Source of the DNA: Octopus vulgaris
Taxonomy: Eukaryota
Assembly: GCA_951406725.2 (NCBI GenBank)
Contig: OX597832.1
Location: 14,942,001 to 15,006,000, forward strand
Direction: 5' to 3'
DNA length: 64,000 bases
The notes under the pieces were generated by a model. The model ran no database searches and was not told the origin of the DNA. It was given only the letters and a program-made list of their open reading frames with translations. Within the stretch, counting starts at the first letter, position 1. The number at the start of each line of letters is the position of its first letter. The translations under genes were made by a program, and so were the position numbers. Shown piece after piece: positions 1-13,897 of the stretch.

Positions 1-348
1 GCATGTGTATATATACGAGAGTGGTGTGTGATTGTGTGTAAGCATACGTGTGTGTATGTGCGAGTGTGTGTGTTAGTGTATGTTCGTGTAAGTGCAGGGA
101 TGTAGGTCGAAACTGAAAGAGAAATGAACAGTGAAATTTGAGTGTACCCAACACATATATGTGTGTGTATGTGTGTATCTACGAGCAATAATTGCGATAC
201 CTTTTCCTTCTTTTACTCTTAACCTTTCCGATACTCCCTGTGACACTATCTTCCCTTTTATGTACCTCCCTCCCACTCTGTATTTCCATACACATAATTA
301 TGCATGCATCATTTAATTCCAACACATTCCGTACGTTTCTGTTTGTGG

Positions 349-407
<59 letters not shown>

Positions 408-1467
408 AATGATACATGTATAATTACATGTATGAAAACACAAAGTGGTAGGGAGGGATATGAAAGAGAAGAGAAAGACAGAGGAAGTATCTATGAGATA
501 TAGAGAGAAAGACGGTAAAAGCGTCGCAATGTGGTTCAAAGAATGGGAGCAAAAAGAAAATAAAAAACATATTTATTTCAAACGCTTTTCTAGCAAATAA
601 ACGCGTATTACATTCAGTCATAATCAATAATTTTAGAATTTGGGACATAGACTTTAATGAAAGAAAGAATTTAAATTGAGTTAAAAGCAATAATTTTGAA
701 GTCTCTGTGAACCTGACGCCAACATTTAAAAAAATTACTAAATGGTTCTATATGTAACTTTTCTGTAAGTTCTTTAAGACACAGTCGTCACCCTAGAACG
801 CAGACATATGATGATATAAATTTAAGAGAACAATATCGTAATATGTCTCTCGCAATACAAATTTTTATTAGAATACTTGAGAGAAATGTGGATACTAATT
901 CTGGACTGGAAAACCTGCTCACGTTCTCATATGGAATATATGTATGTATGATGTAGCGTGTCTATATGAGTGTGTATTTGTGTGTGTGCGTGTTGGTGTG
1001 TGCTCGCGTATGACTGTGTGGTTTTGAATACATACGTAACATATTTAAGTAAATTCAAACTCATACAGACGAAATTCTCTCTTTCTCTCTCTCTATCTCT
1101 CTATCTCGCTCTCTGCATATATATATATATATATATATCGCTGAAATGATTACTAATAAATCCAAAGCTATACACAACAACGGCGAAAACAATTGTTAAA
1201 AGTATGGACGTCCTAACTGTAAAACATGCCAGAATATAACTGGTATGCTTGGAATTCCAACTGACGAACTTATGTAGTGCATCGGATGATTAGCGAAAGC
1301 GAAACATCGGTCGACACCACAATACTGTTACAATTACAATCTTTTAAAACTTATGTAAACTGCGCTTATTTCTTCTTTCATTATATATATTCTTTTTGTA
1401 TTACTACTCACCATGTGAGGATAATCGAGATTGTCTACCTTCGTGTTTTCGTATATAGAAAAATAAA

Positions 1468-2236
1468 TATATATGCATAAATGTGTAATCGTGTCTGTGC
1501 GAGTATGGGTTTACTCTAACTCCTCTCACACCGTGCAACCGATTTTAATAATTTTTGACACATAGGTAGATCACATGCCCTGAAATTCAAATACTTTCGG
1601 AAGTTTTCTTAAACTTGATAATGCTCAGTTGGCATCGACGTTATTGAGTTCAATCGGGTATTTGAATGCAAATTCCCATAACGATGTTAGTTTCCTGCAG
1701 CTGTTGCATTCTTTTCCAATTTTGATGTAAATCGTTGAGTGAGCGAGGCTGGTGACAGTGAGTTGATGTCATTATATGGTGTTGACAAAAGTCGATAATT
1801 GCCCTTGAGCAGTGGATTTATAATATCAATAGGCTTTTTGCGTGCAAATATCCATAGATATTTTATAACATATACTTTCATGCAAATGGTCATATACATT
1901 TAATTTTATGACATAGCGTTAACACTTTTCTTCAGAATTTTCTGCGATTTAACACGCTGATCAATTTTGTACAGAGGTTGGCATTAAAGGAAGGAAATAA
2001 AAAGCAAAAATTACTCACGACGAGTTGAGGTGTACCAAAATACTTGAATGAGATTTCAGCCGGTCCAGTATGTAGGATCATGTCGAAAGCGTTAACCAGT
2101 AAAATCCCTGCCGAACCAGATATAACATCGTGATGATAACAGTTGGCACGGAGAATGTAGATTTCAATGCAAGGTCAGAGGTGGGCTTAACTTCTACACG
2201 GAAAACACGGGCAACCCCGGGTCCAACAGCTTCTAG
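1468..2236 (+). mobile_element. Non-autonomous Helitron/Helentron-like element
   Basis: The 3' end has a GC hairpin CGGG-CAAC-CCCG (2208-2219) followed 13 nt later by CTAG (2233-2236). The 5' part has the typical AACTCCTCTCACACCGTGCAACCGATTTT block after a TA/TG-rich start. The left boundary is approximate. Confidence 0.6.
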
Positions 2237-2270
2237 ATACATACATACCTACATACATACATAGTATATG

Positions 2271-2274
<4 letters not shown>

Positions 2275-2342
<68 letters not shown>

Positions 2343-2456
2343 TAATTATTGATATAGATAGACGGATAGACACACAGACAGACAAACAGATAAATAGATA
2401 GATAAGTAGATAGATAAATATATAGAGAGATTGCTAGATAGATAGATATATTAATT

Positions 2457-2496
<40 letters not shown>

Positions 2497-2562
2497 TATA
2501 TATAGATAGATAGATAGAAAGATAGATAGATAGATAAATGGATAGACAGATTGATAGATAGA
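2275..2562. repeat. (TA)n followed by compound (TAGA)n microsatellite
   Basis: Directly visible tandem repeats. Confidence 0.95.
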
Positions 2563-2916
2563 ATTACTGTTAAACAAGTACTGTTTTCCTTATGTTACTG
2601 CGATAGTTTATAATTATATTGCGACTCATGCTGCTGTATTTTTTTCTGATGCTTCAGAATTTCTGTTACGTTTAGACCTATGAATATTTGAAATTTTATA
2701 AGTACTGTTCTTCTACAGTCATTCAGAATTTAGGCATCACTGCAGCCTTGTGTCAATAATGGTTCATACATATTTTCCTTCTAAATAGGTTTAATCCGCA
2801 ACCTCACTGGAAACGATTGCCCATCCTATGAAATCCAGACTTGTATATTAAGATTGCAAAATGATGTTTGTCTATATTGTATTCTTCACTGTGTAAATAC
2901 ATTTATGCAAACTTAC

Positions 2917-3121
2917 ATCTGTTAGTTTTGCAGCTGTATTTGATTTCGGTTATATTGTTGCTATGTTTTTTTTCCTCCTCCCGTTGATCAGATTTGCAAT
3001 TGTTGTTCTGGATGCCGTTAACGTTGTTACCATCTTCTTTTTTTGTTTTCTCTTCTTGCTGATCAGTGCTTGCGAAGACACTATGATGGCTATGTATAAA
3101 GCGATTTTCGATTGTGTCCAT
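2917..3121 (-). CDS. Candidate first coding exon of an unidentified host gene (exon 3204-2917, 5'UTR 3204-3122); the gene would continue toward lower coordinates
   Basis: Minus-strand acceptor tttttattacgtttgtag| at 3205, in-frame upstream TGA, Kozak-like gggATGG at 3121, 68 open codons (MDTIENRFIHSHHSVFASTDQQEEKTKKEDGNNV...KTNR), and a canonical phase-1 donor AGAT|gtaagt at 2916. No homology recognised. Confidence 0.5.
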
Positions 3122-4010
3122 CCCAAGAGGAACCCAAAGATCATTGACTACGGTGCACAGGAGGGAAACGCAAGGTCATTCATATCTAAGAAATCCCTCT
3201 AAAGCTACAAACGTAATAAAAAATATGTTGCAGAAAATCAGTCATTGCTGACTCCTGTTTTATTAATACATATATTACACATGGCAGATGCTAAAAACTG
3301 ACAAATAATTAGTCGCACAGCCGTCGCATGTTTTGACATCAAAACGCAAAGTGAAGAAACAGATATTTCGAATTTAGTTCTCTCTCGAACTAAAAAGAAT
3401 CAGGTCATCTTAAGAAAAAGTTGGGTAGATACGTTTATTTATTTCCAAACCATGAACGAAAGAATATTTGACAAGATGGGGAATACACTAGTTTTATATT
3501 TCAATATCATAATCGTTATCGATGTCGATATAATATTAATATTGCTCTGGTGATAAGCAGCAGAAAATTATAAACAGACAAATCACATTTAAAGATTTGT
3601 GAAAACGTTTAACCCCAGTGAAATACAGCATTAGGTTCGAAATCCGTCATTCCAATATGTCAGATAGGAATGGCAAAATATCATTTTATTGTTGATAGTG
3701 ATCTACGTAAGTTAAATGCTGCCATTAAAACTCTAAATAAATATATGCATTAATAAACATAGGAATAAACATATATTTTGTGGGAAAAGCTCTAAGATTT
3801 TATATCGTGTCTGTGTGCGTGGGTATGTGTGTTTGTGTGTGTATGTGTGTGTGTGTGATGTATTGATTTTATTACAAACACGTAAAACCAGGAAATAAAA
3901 CTGTGTAAATAAATATGGAAAAATTTATTGGAGACTGAATAATATATTTCATGTATTAAAAAAATGACATGTGTTCGTGTGCGTATCAATCTCTCTCTCT
4001 TTTATATATA

Positions 4011-4133
<123 letters not shown>

Positions 4134-4666
4134 TATATACACACATATATTCATACACTACAATACACACACAAACACAGAGACATACACATATATGTAT
4201 ATATTTGGAGAGAGAGAGTATGAGTGAGAGATACAGATAGCTATACGTATACATATCAATAAGTCCCTCACTCTCAGTGTGGATGTGCTTGCGCGTGTTC
4301 ATTGACATGAATATAAATATAAGTCAAAAAGAAAATTATTAGAGTGTAGGATATTTAAAAGAAGAGTGTCTCGAAAAGAGGAAATAGTGTGCAGAAGCAA
4401 ATTTTTATTAACAAGTATTGAATTCCGTGCTTAAATGATCCACGAACACTATTTCCTTATTGCAAATTTCTTGATGGCATTAGATATAACACAAGGTTTA
4501 TTTTTTCAACTCTGGAAATCAATGCTTTTTTTTCTTGGAGTTAGAAATGTATCTGCACGGAACCTTACGCGACAAAATTACGATGGGTATATGTGTGTTA
4601 TTATATGTACGTTATTATTCACACACAAACACAAAAAATAGATGCACACACACACACACTCATACA

Positions 4667-4786
<120 letters not shown>

Positions 4787-4950
4787 TTGAAGGGTATATA
4801 TAGTATGTATGCATTTCGGTATCTAACTATTTGAAAAAAAAAAAGATTCTATACGAAAACAAAAGATGGATATGCTGCGAAACTTCAAATTTCTTTCGCT
4901 CTGTCTTCACAATATTATACGCAGCTTTCTCAAAGCCCGCGATGTATTTT

Positions 4951-5054
4951 ACAGTTCAATATTTTAGAGATGAGTAAATATTATTTCTATTATTTACATT
5001 GTTTACATTGGACGGATACTTGTGCTCATCTTTTTTGTTGTATATAATAACAAA

Positions 5055-5133
<79 letters not shown>

Positions 5134-5291
5134 TGGAAAAGAAAAACTTAGGAATGAGAACACAGTTTCGAAATTTTTCCTAGACAACTGAAGAAAGCTG
5201 GAGGTTATATCAGCCGAAACGTTGTGTTAACAACAAACCAAGATGACCGCAAGTATCCGTGGAATATAATTTACGTAATGTAAATAATGCA

Positions 5292-5292
<1 letters not shown>
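4951..5292 (+). mobile_element. Penelope-like element terminal (pLTR) fragment with an inverted 3' segment
   Basis: 5131-5292 matches 27410-27550 of the TSD-bounded PLE. 4951-5040 is the reverse complement of the element's 3' end (compare 27497-27577). The parts are separated by (AAT)n. Confidence 0.75.
5183..5228 (+). ncRNA. Minimal type I hammerhead ribozyme (PLE type, probably dimer-dependent)
   Basis: CTGAAGA (5188-5194), stem II GCTG/CAGC around a 10-nt loop, GAAAC (5216-5220), GTT cleavage triplet, palindromic AACGTT in place of stem III, and stem I GACA/TGTT with one mismatch next to the core. Confidence 0.65.
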
Positions 5293-5342
<50 letters not shown>

Positions 5343-5343
5343 C

Positions 5344-5428
<85 letters not shown>

Positions 5429-6363
5429 CACATATAACAAACACACACATACAGGTACACACACATATGTGTCTACACACACACACACACTCACATATCT
5501 TACTATATCTCGTAGGAAGCTCAACTCTAGAGGTTTACCTACGAATGTTTCGTATCCGTGACGTCAGACGCAAACATTGAGATCGAACACGGAACTTTGG
5601 GTAATGAGTGCATATGCCATATTTCTGTAGTTTTGCTCCTTCATCATCACTCATCTAACCCTTTAATCAGCTACAAGCTCATTGATAAACAGTTATTACA
5701 AATGGCTGTGTAACGTTCTTTCATACACCAAAATACATATTAATCACAGACGTGGAAGCTGCCATGCAAATATTTATAACTTGTAGGCATAAGGCATTTT
5801 GTTACGCAACCATAATATGCTACAGCGTATATCAACAGTTATTTTTTTAATGGCGATTGACTTAAACTCATAAAAAACGTTTATTATACTATGTAACATG
5901 TGTTTGCGTAACGAAATACAGTTAGCACATAAGCTATTAATATTTACGCACCAATTTCCAGGAATTAGTTTCGTATGTAAAATTGGTAAATCATATAAAA
6001 TTATACCGTTATATGTAGTGCATATTTAAGCAATGAGCTGGATGATTCTTGGGTTAGATAGGTGATCAGAAAGAAAAGCCTCCGGAAATATGACATAAAC
6101 AGACACTACCTATTACTGACTCTACACATCTAGTATATGAAGTGTCTTAAAGAAATCATTGCAGGTTATAATATATTTACAATTTGAAGAGGTGAACTTA
6201 ACACGTGATATGAGGGCACGGCTAACAAAGTAGCATACGGTATTGACTTATATAAATATCAACTTTCATACAGAGCTGTAGCATATTATGATTGCATAAC
6301 GAAATACCGTGATCCTACAAGTTATTAATGTATATATGTAAGTGAGAGTGTGTCTGTATACAC

Positions 6364-6621
6364 TTTTACTCTTTTACTTTTCCAGTCATTTGACTGTGGC
6401 TATGCTGGAGCACCGCATTTAGTCGAGCAAATGGACCCCGGGAATTATTCTGTGTAAGCCTATTCTATCGGCGTATTTTCCGGACCGCTAATTTACGGGG
6501 ATGTAAACACAACAGCATCGGTTGTAAAGTGATGCTGGGGGACAAACACAGACACACAATCATATACACACGCACTCAAAGACACATACACACACCCACA
6601 CACACAAACACACACACACAC

Positions 6622-6652
<31 letters not shown>

Positions 6653-6822
6653 CGTATATACATATATACGACAGGCTTCTTTCAGTTTTTGTCTATCAAA
6701 TCAAGGCACAAGGCTTTGGTCGGTCCGAAGCTACAGTAGAAGACACTTGCCCAAGGTGCCACGCAGTGCGAATGAACCCGGAATCCTGTGGTCGGTAAGC
6801 AAGCTACTTACCACACAGCCAC
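6364..6822 (-). mobile_element. SINE family B (tRNA head, CORE-like ACCTTGGGCAAGTG block, internal CA/TA microsatellite, CR1/L2-type tail)
   Basis: Aligns by eye with the copies at 30447, 55836, 60283 and 63097. Confidence 0.9.
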
Positions 6823-9800
6823 AGAGGGACAGATTAACGAAGAGATACAAATTAAAGATATACTGATGCGCAGTATGCAATGACTAGTTTATAAGTTTAT
6901 ATACGTTAATACATGCAACTATATAACACTTGCCAAAATAAAGCAATGAATATTTTGCAAGTCGTTCAGACGGCGTGCTTGCAGTATCAACAGTATGCGG
7001 AACAGAATACGTTGCGGAATTTCGTTTTCAGTTCAAATTCCTTTGCGGTTAACTTTATATCTCATTCTTACTCTTCGGTAAAATTGACAAGGCCCCGATT
7101 TGAAATTACTTACCTTTAGCTCCAATTTAAAACTAATTATTTAAAAGTTATTCTATTTTCATAATCCACAACTTTAACGACGATATCCAAATCATTTTGA
7201 AAGTTACTCTTGGAATATTCTACAAAATTTGTTACATAGAATTGTTATCACTGAAATTATTAATAAATTCAAACTGCATAAAGTCTGGATACATTCAATG
7301 ACATCTGTTTATATTATACAATTCAAATGAAATCTTTCTAAAGTGATATTTTGTCAAATGTTCTATTTGTATTTTCATGAGCGAAATGTAAAATGTCTGG
7401 TTTAAGATTTCGGAATGAATTTTAAACAAAATATTTGCTTTCTACTTCAGGTTTTAGTAATTCCTGTTGCAATATGATATAGACAAAAAGAAAAAAATGA
7501 AAAGCAAAGGAAACAAAAAAATAATAGTTAAGATAATAATTTCAAATATGAATCATACGATCTTATATAAAATAACAGAGGTTTAACTATTTGAAATCAG
7601 TATTGTGTACTCGACAAATCCAATATAATAGTGTAAACATAAACTTATATATGTGTGTGTGTGTGTGCATGAGGATGTATGTATGCATATACGTGTATGC
7701 ATACATGCACATAAATACACACATGCACACGCTTACAAACACACACACACACACACATACATATATATATATTACCGTTTAAGTGTTTTTAGTGTCACTT
7801 TCCTACCAAAGAAAAATAAACTTTAAAATGTTTCCATTAAAAGAGACTAACGAATGTTTCACATCACTGTAGAATTTCTTTCTAGGCACAAATAATTTCG
7901 TAGTAGATACACTTATCATTTATAGAGGTTAATAATTTTATGATTAGATGGATAAATTAAGGCAGGTAGAATAAGTAATGGAAATGATACTATTGACCAA
8001 ATAATTTGAGGGTGGTACCCTAGGCAGTCTAACTCAATTGTAAATCTTATTTATATAGTTAGGGATTGTTTGTTTTTTCATTATGTAATACGGTTAAAAA
8101 CAATTTAATCACTTTTTCTAACTTTATTGCATTTTTACGAACGCGAAAAAAATGCTGTTGTTTACATATGGAGTTCAGACGGAAGTTGACATTTAAAACA
8201 AGCGTATGTTGCAACACCAAGCATTATAATGTATGTCTTATATACAAATAAACATTATAGTTTAAAAAACATTTAATATTCATTTATAATGTCTTCAACG
8301 TAATAGGACTATTTCAAATAACGTGTGAAAAACTTATACTGGACATATTCCAACACTTCTTCAATCATTATATGATAGATATTCCACAATTGTGTTATTA
8401 TTCTTATAAGCTAGTTCCGATTACCACTATCACCGTTGCACTGAGCTTAGAATACACATACAATAATACATCAGGAAATCCACATACGCACTCAGATAGG
8501 GAAACATTGAATCATACACACTAAAACAGAGACACGTTGGAACACGACAGAAAAATAATATTACGTGTTGGTGAGGAATAATTTATGGTTTTAGGTAAAG
8601 CAAAATGCACGAGGATCAGTATTATTTTTTCAAGATATTCCTCTCACGGATTCACATATTTTTGCAGCAGTCTTTCAGTCTTTCAAAGCTCTGTAAAAGA
8701 ATTTGGAAAGTGTGGGTTTCAACCGATGTTTTCGAGAAAAATGTTAAGTCAGAAACTGTCCCGCAACATCTAATTCCATAACAATTCTACATAGTCAAGG
8801 CACAAATAAATTTTGTTATTTTACACATGTACACAAGGCAAATAATATCCTTTCTATGTTTACACAAAAAAACTACTGATATACATACACACATTTGACA
8901 ATATTCTTACCCACTTACCCACATTTGAAAATATCTTGCCCACATGCCCATATTATAAGAAATAAATAAATTAATATTTTCCTTCCATTCCATTACGTGC
9001 AAAACGAGTTTACAACATACTCTTTGGCAACTTATTATATCATTTCGCATAATTTTCAATGCAAACAGTCCAACATTTAAGTAAATTTCTACATGAAAAT
9101 ATATATGCTCACACTCGTTCTTTATAGCATTTATTGAGGACAATGTTTTCACTATACACTCGACAAATGGTTCGTCAATACATATATAGGCACACACATA
9201 ATTGTACAAGAATACATACATCTGTACTCTCACGCTTGAAATAATATATTTACAAAGAAGTACACCTGTGTACGTGTGTGTATGAGTGGATTTGTTTGCA
9301 TATATGTATGTACATTTGAGTGTTTATATATATTTGTGCGTTCGTACTTGCAATTTATACGCACATATAGTGTGTGTATGTGCGTGTGTGTGTGTGTGAC
9401 TGAAGAATATATACACATTTTTAAATGAATGGACGATAAGGCAAGAATAACAGCGGCATAGCATTACACGCAATCTTTAAATTTGTACCATATAAATAAT
9501 AATCAATATATATTTCCCATCATTTTCCATATTCTCTGCCGTACTCCAATAACTGTTCTTCCCTACTGGTCGTATTACAGCAGTGTCCTGACATACTATC
9601 AATCTATTCCAGAATCCAAATGAGAGTGGTAAACCAAAGAGACATAGCAATTTTATTTCTCATATCCCTATTTTATTGCTTATATTTCTCTCCGATAAAG
9701 AGTACAAAGGGAAATGTTAGAACCTTATAAATTCTATTAGCTTACACAATGTACAGCATTTTGCACATTGTTTTTGTATTTACTTATGTACCTTCATATC

Positions 9801-10384
9801 CAGTACATTTGTGTCCCTCCTGTTTGCTTTATATTCTTCATCAATTGTCTTTCCTGTGTCTCGCTGTCTATCGTCATATATAACTATAATATATTGGTCT
9901 ATATTCGTTCACATACACACACACACATATATATATATGCATATAAATGTATCTATATGCATGTTTGTGTATGTGTATCTATATAGATGATATCTATATA
10001 TAACGACCGATAAAGAGAGGTGTGTATATATAGACATAAATGTGTATGTGTGTGTACATGTATATAGAGATATATGTATTTTTATATTCGTGCCCGCATT
10101 TATGTATTTGCAGATAAGAGATTGAAATATTTATGTTGTCAAAATTCAAATTTATCAAGAAATATATGAATCTTCGCAAATACATGATGTAACAATCGAC
10201 TGCAATAAATATGATATGTATTTTGTGTCCCCAGCACTCGGCATCCTAATTTAGGGGCCTTTAATTGTATTACTACATGAATAATATTTTTCTATACGAA
10301 TAATATTTTTGTCTTATGACTGATTCGTCTTTTGTCCTGGGCACCTGGTAGTAACTAATATTTCTACCCTTCTTGTTTATATTC

Positions 10385-10418
<34 letters not shown>

Positions 10419-10421
<3 letters not shown>

Positions 10422-10473
10422 CCCCAGCATGGCCACAGCTCATAAGCTGAAACTAGAATCAATCAATCAATCA
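10419..10473 (+). mobile_element. Tail-only CR1/L2-type retroposon fragment ending in (ATCA)n, inside (TA)n
   Basis: GTGCCCCAGCATGGCCACAGCTCATAAGCTGAAACTAG(AATC)n; the same sequence occurs inverted at 59415-59463. Confidence 0.7.
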
Positions 10474-10639
10474 TATATGTATATATATATATATAATTAT
10501 ATTTAACATTTATAGATTTATATCAGCACCCATTTTTGACGCCTTGTTTTCCGCGATATTTCATATACATGCATAACAACATATATACATACACACACAC
10601 ACACACACATATATATGTATATATACATGCATATATACA

Positions 10640-10788
<149 letters not shown>

Positions 10789-12759
10789 CGTAAGCTGATT
10801 TTCAATACCATGAATATGCTTGCTTGCAGATTCGTGATCATCGCGTCCTATTTGAAAATTACGTGTGCCTGTAACAGTACCGCAATTAATATGTATAGTG
10901 TTATTTATCATATATTTCGTTGGCGCCATATTATTTTTTCTCCTTTAATATAAAGCAAAACTTGACAGTTAATACTAAAATATAAAAATGGATTTCAATA
11001 TTATGTACAGGAAAAACTAATAAATATAAGATTGTATATTCAAATATTATGATGTTTCGATAAAGTAATACTACGGAAATCGATAAAAAAAAATTGTACT
11101 GGATATTTTGAATATCGTGGAGACTTGTTGAATGATAATGTAATTAGGACATTTCAATTCCTCTCTTAGGATTTAGGTACATGCTTTGGAAATATATATT
11201 AACAGTATTGGAGATAAGTCAATGAAACTAGGACGATGAATTGACTTTTAGGGTCTTCGGCTTATATTTGAACTTCTTTTTATTCTCTCTCTGCGTCGCA
11301 TTATTATTGATATTTAAATATTTTTTAAGGTTATCAGTTAGTCGGTTTATGGTGGAAAATTGAATAGAGCTGTAATTTTAATAGCGTGGATACGTAAATA
11401 TGTGTGTCTAAGCAAAAGGACATAAATACTTTGAAATATGTATAAGAACGTATGTAATAAAATATACTAATATGGAATATATTAGTATAAATATGTACAC
11501 ATGTGTGTAGGAAGGTGTCGGTGAATAAACTGTCTTCTAAATTGCGCACAAGTGAAAATAATACCTGTTATCAGATATATATTTTCTAAAATTACATAAA
11601 ATATCTTGAAATAATAAAATTGGCCAAAGAAAGTGCCATTGGCTTCACCCATGGATTCCACACGATTTAGAATCTGCAGCAAATATATAGACACATACAA
11701 GTACACATTGATATATTTATATATGTAAATATATATATATATATAAACAAAATACTTGATATTCACTCATGCATACAAACTAATTTGTTACTACTGCATT
11801 GTGCTCATTATTTCTGTAAGTACCTCTGAAACAGCTGCCTTACTTTTATCTAGTTTCGGTTCTATTTGAATTATATTCATACTCATTAAATGCAAAATTT
11901 CTAATTTACAATTTCTGTATGCCCTAAACATGGGTTTCTTTTCTCTCCCCATAATAATTTGCTAAGAATATAGGTATCAATAAAAGAGAAACAGCGAAAA
12001 CTATACTTGAAAATGCTGAGATTAGTAAGATGATGAAATCTTAAATGAAGAATGTTGTTTGATTAATTACACACGTTAGTGGTCAGTAAAAGCTTACTAT
12101 ATTTTAGGCAGATTAACGATATCAAATTCTAAGACAAATGTAGGTTCCTAACTGAGATTTTGCTTGAAGTTTATCATAAGAAAGCGAGTTAATTAACGTA
12201 ACATCACACACATACATACACATTTGCACATATAGTATGACTTAGATTCATGTAGCGATATGTGTGTATACGTGAGTATTTATGTGTGTGAATGTGTGTA
12301 TACGCATAAGCCTATTAGTAGGCTTTTTGATATCAAAACACGCAGACACGTATGTATATTCATGTATGTATTTGTAACATGACTATTGTAAAATACATGT
12401 AATATCCTAGAAGTTATGGACCATAATACTTATTAACTGTAATAAGAATATTTTGAAATTTCTTATTAAATCATCTATTAATTTCGCATTATCAAATATA
12501 CAGACACAAGACAATCTATTCTAACTAATGTAACAGATCAGGTATTTAAAAACTGAGAATTAGAAATATGCATCTGTATAAATTATCGTATTTAATCCGC
12601 ATTCTTATAAAATTGCTGAGTGTATCCGATAGAGAATGTGACATATTTAATGCTATGCTTAGTACATACACATGAAAGGGAAGTCTAATGAGAACGAGAG
12701 AGAGAGAATATATATATACTATACGTGCATATCTATATATATATATGTATATATATATA

Positions 12760-12827
<68 letters not shown>

Positions 12828-12854
12828 ATAAACATACATATATATATACATAAA

Positions 12855-12914
<60 letters not shown>

Positions 12915-13897
12915 GTAATGTATATATGTATGTTGCATGTATTTATGTAAGTATGGAAGTGTATAAGAATAGTGTTTTGTGTCATAAGGCTTAGTCGGTA
13001 TATTCAGTTCAGCATGAAAGTGTTTGCAGGATCTGATGGGCATTTCAACATTAAAGTTTCTTTGAACATTCACTTTCAAAAAACTCCACAAAATTTCGAA
13101 ACGGTTTTGAGACCATATTAATGTTGTTCATTCATGTCTTCATGTCGTAAGTAGTAATTTGCACCGATATTCATCCCTCGTTTGTGCAATCGTATACTAA
13201 CATTTTGTGTCAGTTCTTTCAAGGTCTTTCGAAATGAATAATGGGTAAGAAATAATTTCAGGACAATTACACTAATATTTCTTTACAGCAAAACGGTGTT
13301 GATGAATCAGTTCCATAATACTATTATCTTGCCAGCAGAATTTATATAGTTTTGAAAATATGAAAATTATCACTAACAATAACTGCAGACAGACGCAGAA
13401 GTATTCTATTGTGTGAACTTAGCATTAAAATGAAGCATTTTTAAAGTATACTGTAATATACTTTCGATAAGATTTATGCAATTACAAACGATGCGTAGTG
13501 TTGACAATGCAGTACAACTCATCTTGTCATGTAATCGTTTAATCCTGATTTCTCCGATATAAACATGCTTATGTACGGAGATGCATTCAGCTGGAATTTA
13601 TCTATATTATTTATCGAGAGAAATTCGATCTACCGACAAGGAATGTTTTGAAGGTCAGCACTTAAATTTTGTAGCAAGCATAAAACATTGCATTAATGTA
13701 TATTTTATGTATTCATGAGTACTTGCTCCAGACGTCTGTGCATTGTTAGAAATATATGCTAGAGATAGAAAAAAATAATAATTTAAGTTTTCTCGTATAT
13801 CGACGTAAAATTTGCCTGACATAGTCAAATATGTATAAGAGCACGCTACCATTGATAATCTACTGTCATATATTACATACGGATTTTAAGACGTTCA

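Noticed and set aside
2963-3202. Plus-strand 79-aa hydrophobic ORF
   Set aside because: It is the antisense shadow of the better-supported minus-strand exon; the hydrophobicity comes from T-rich codons.
8919-9088. Possible minus-strand exon (tttcatgtag acceptor, GG|gtaagt donor)
   Set aside because: AT-rich, no recognisable product, and such sites occur by chance. It could be a UTR exon but is unsupported.
12308-12328. Hairpin followed by a T-run resembling a bacterial terminator
   Set aside because: Eukaryotic context and a short AT-rich stem expected by chance.
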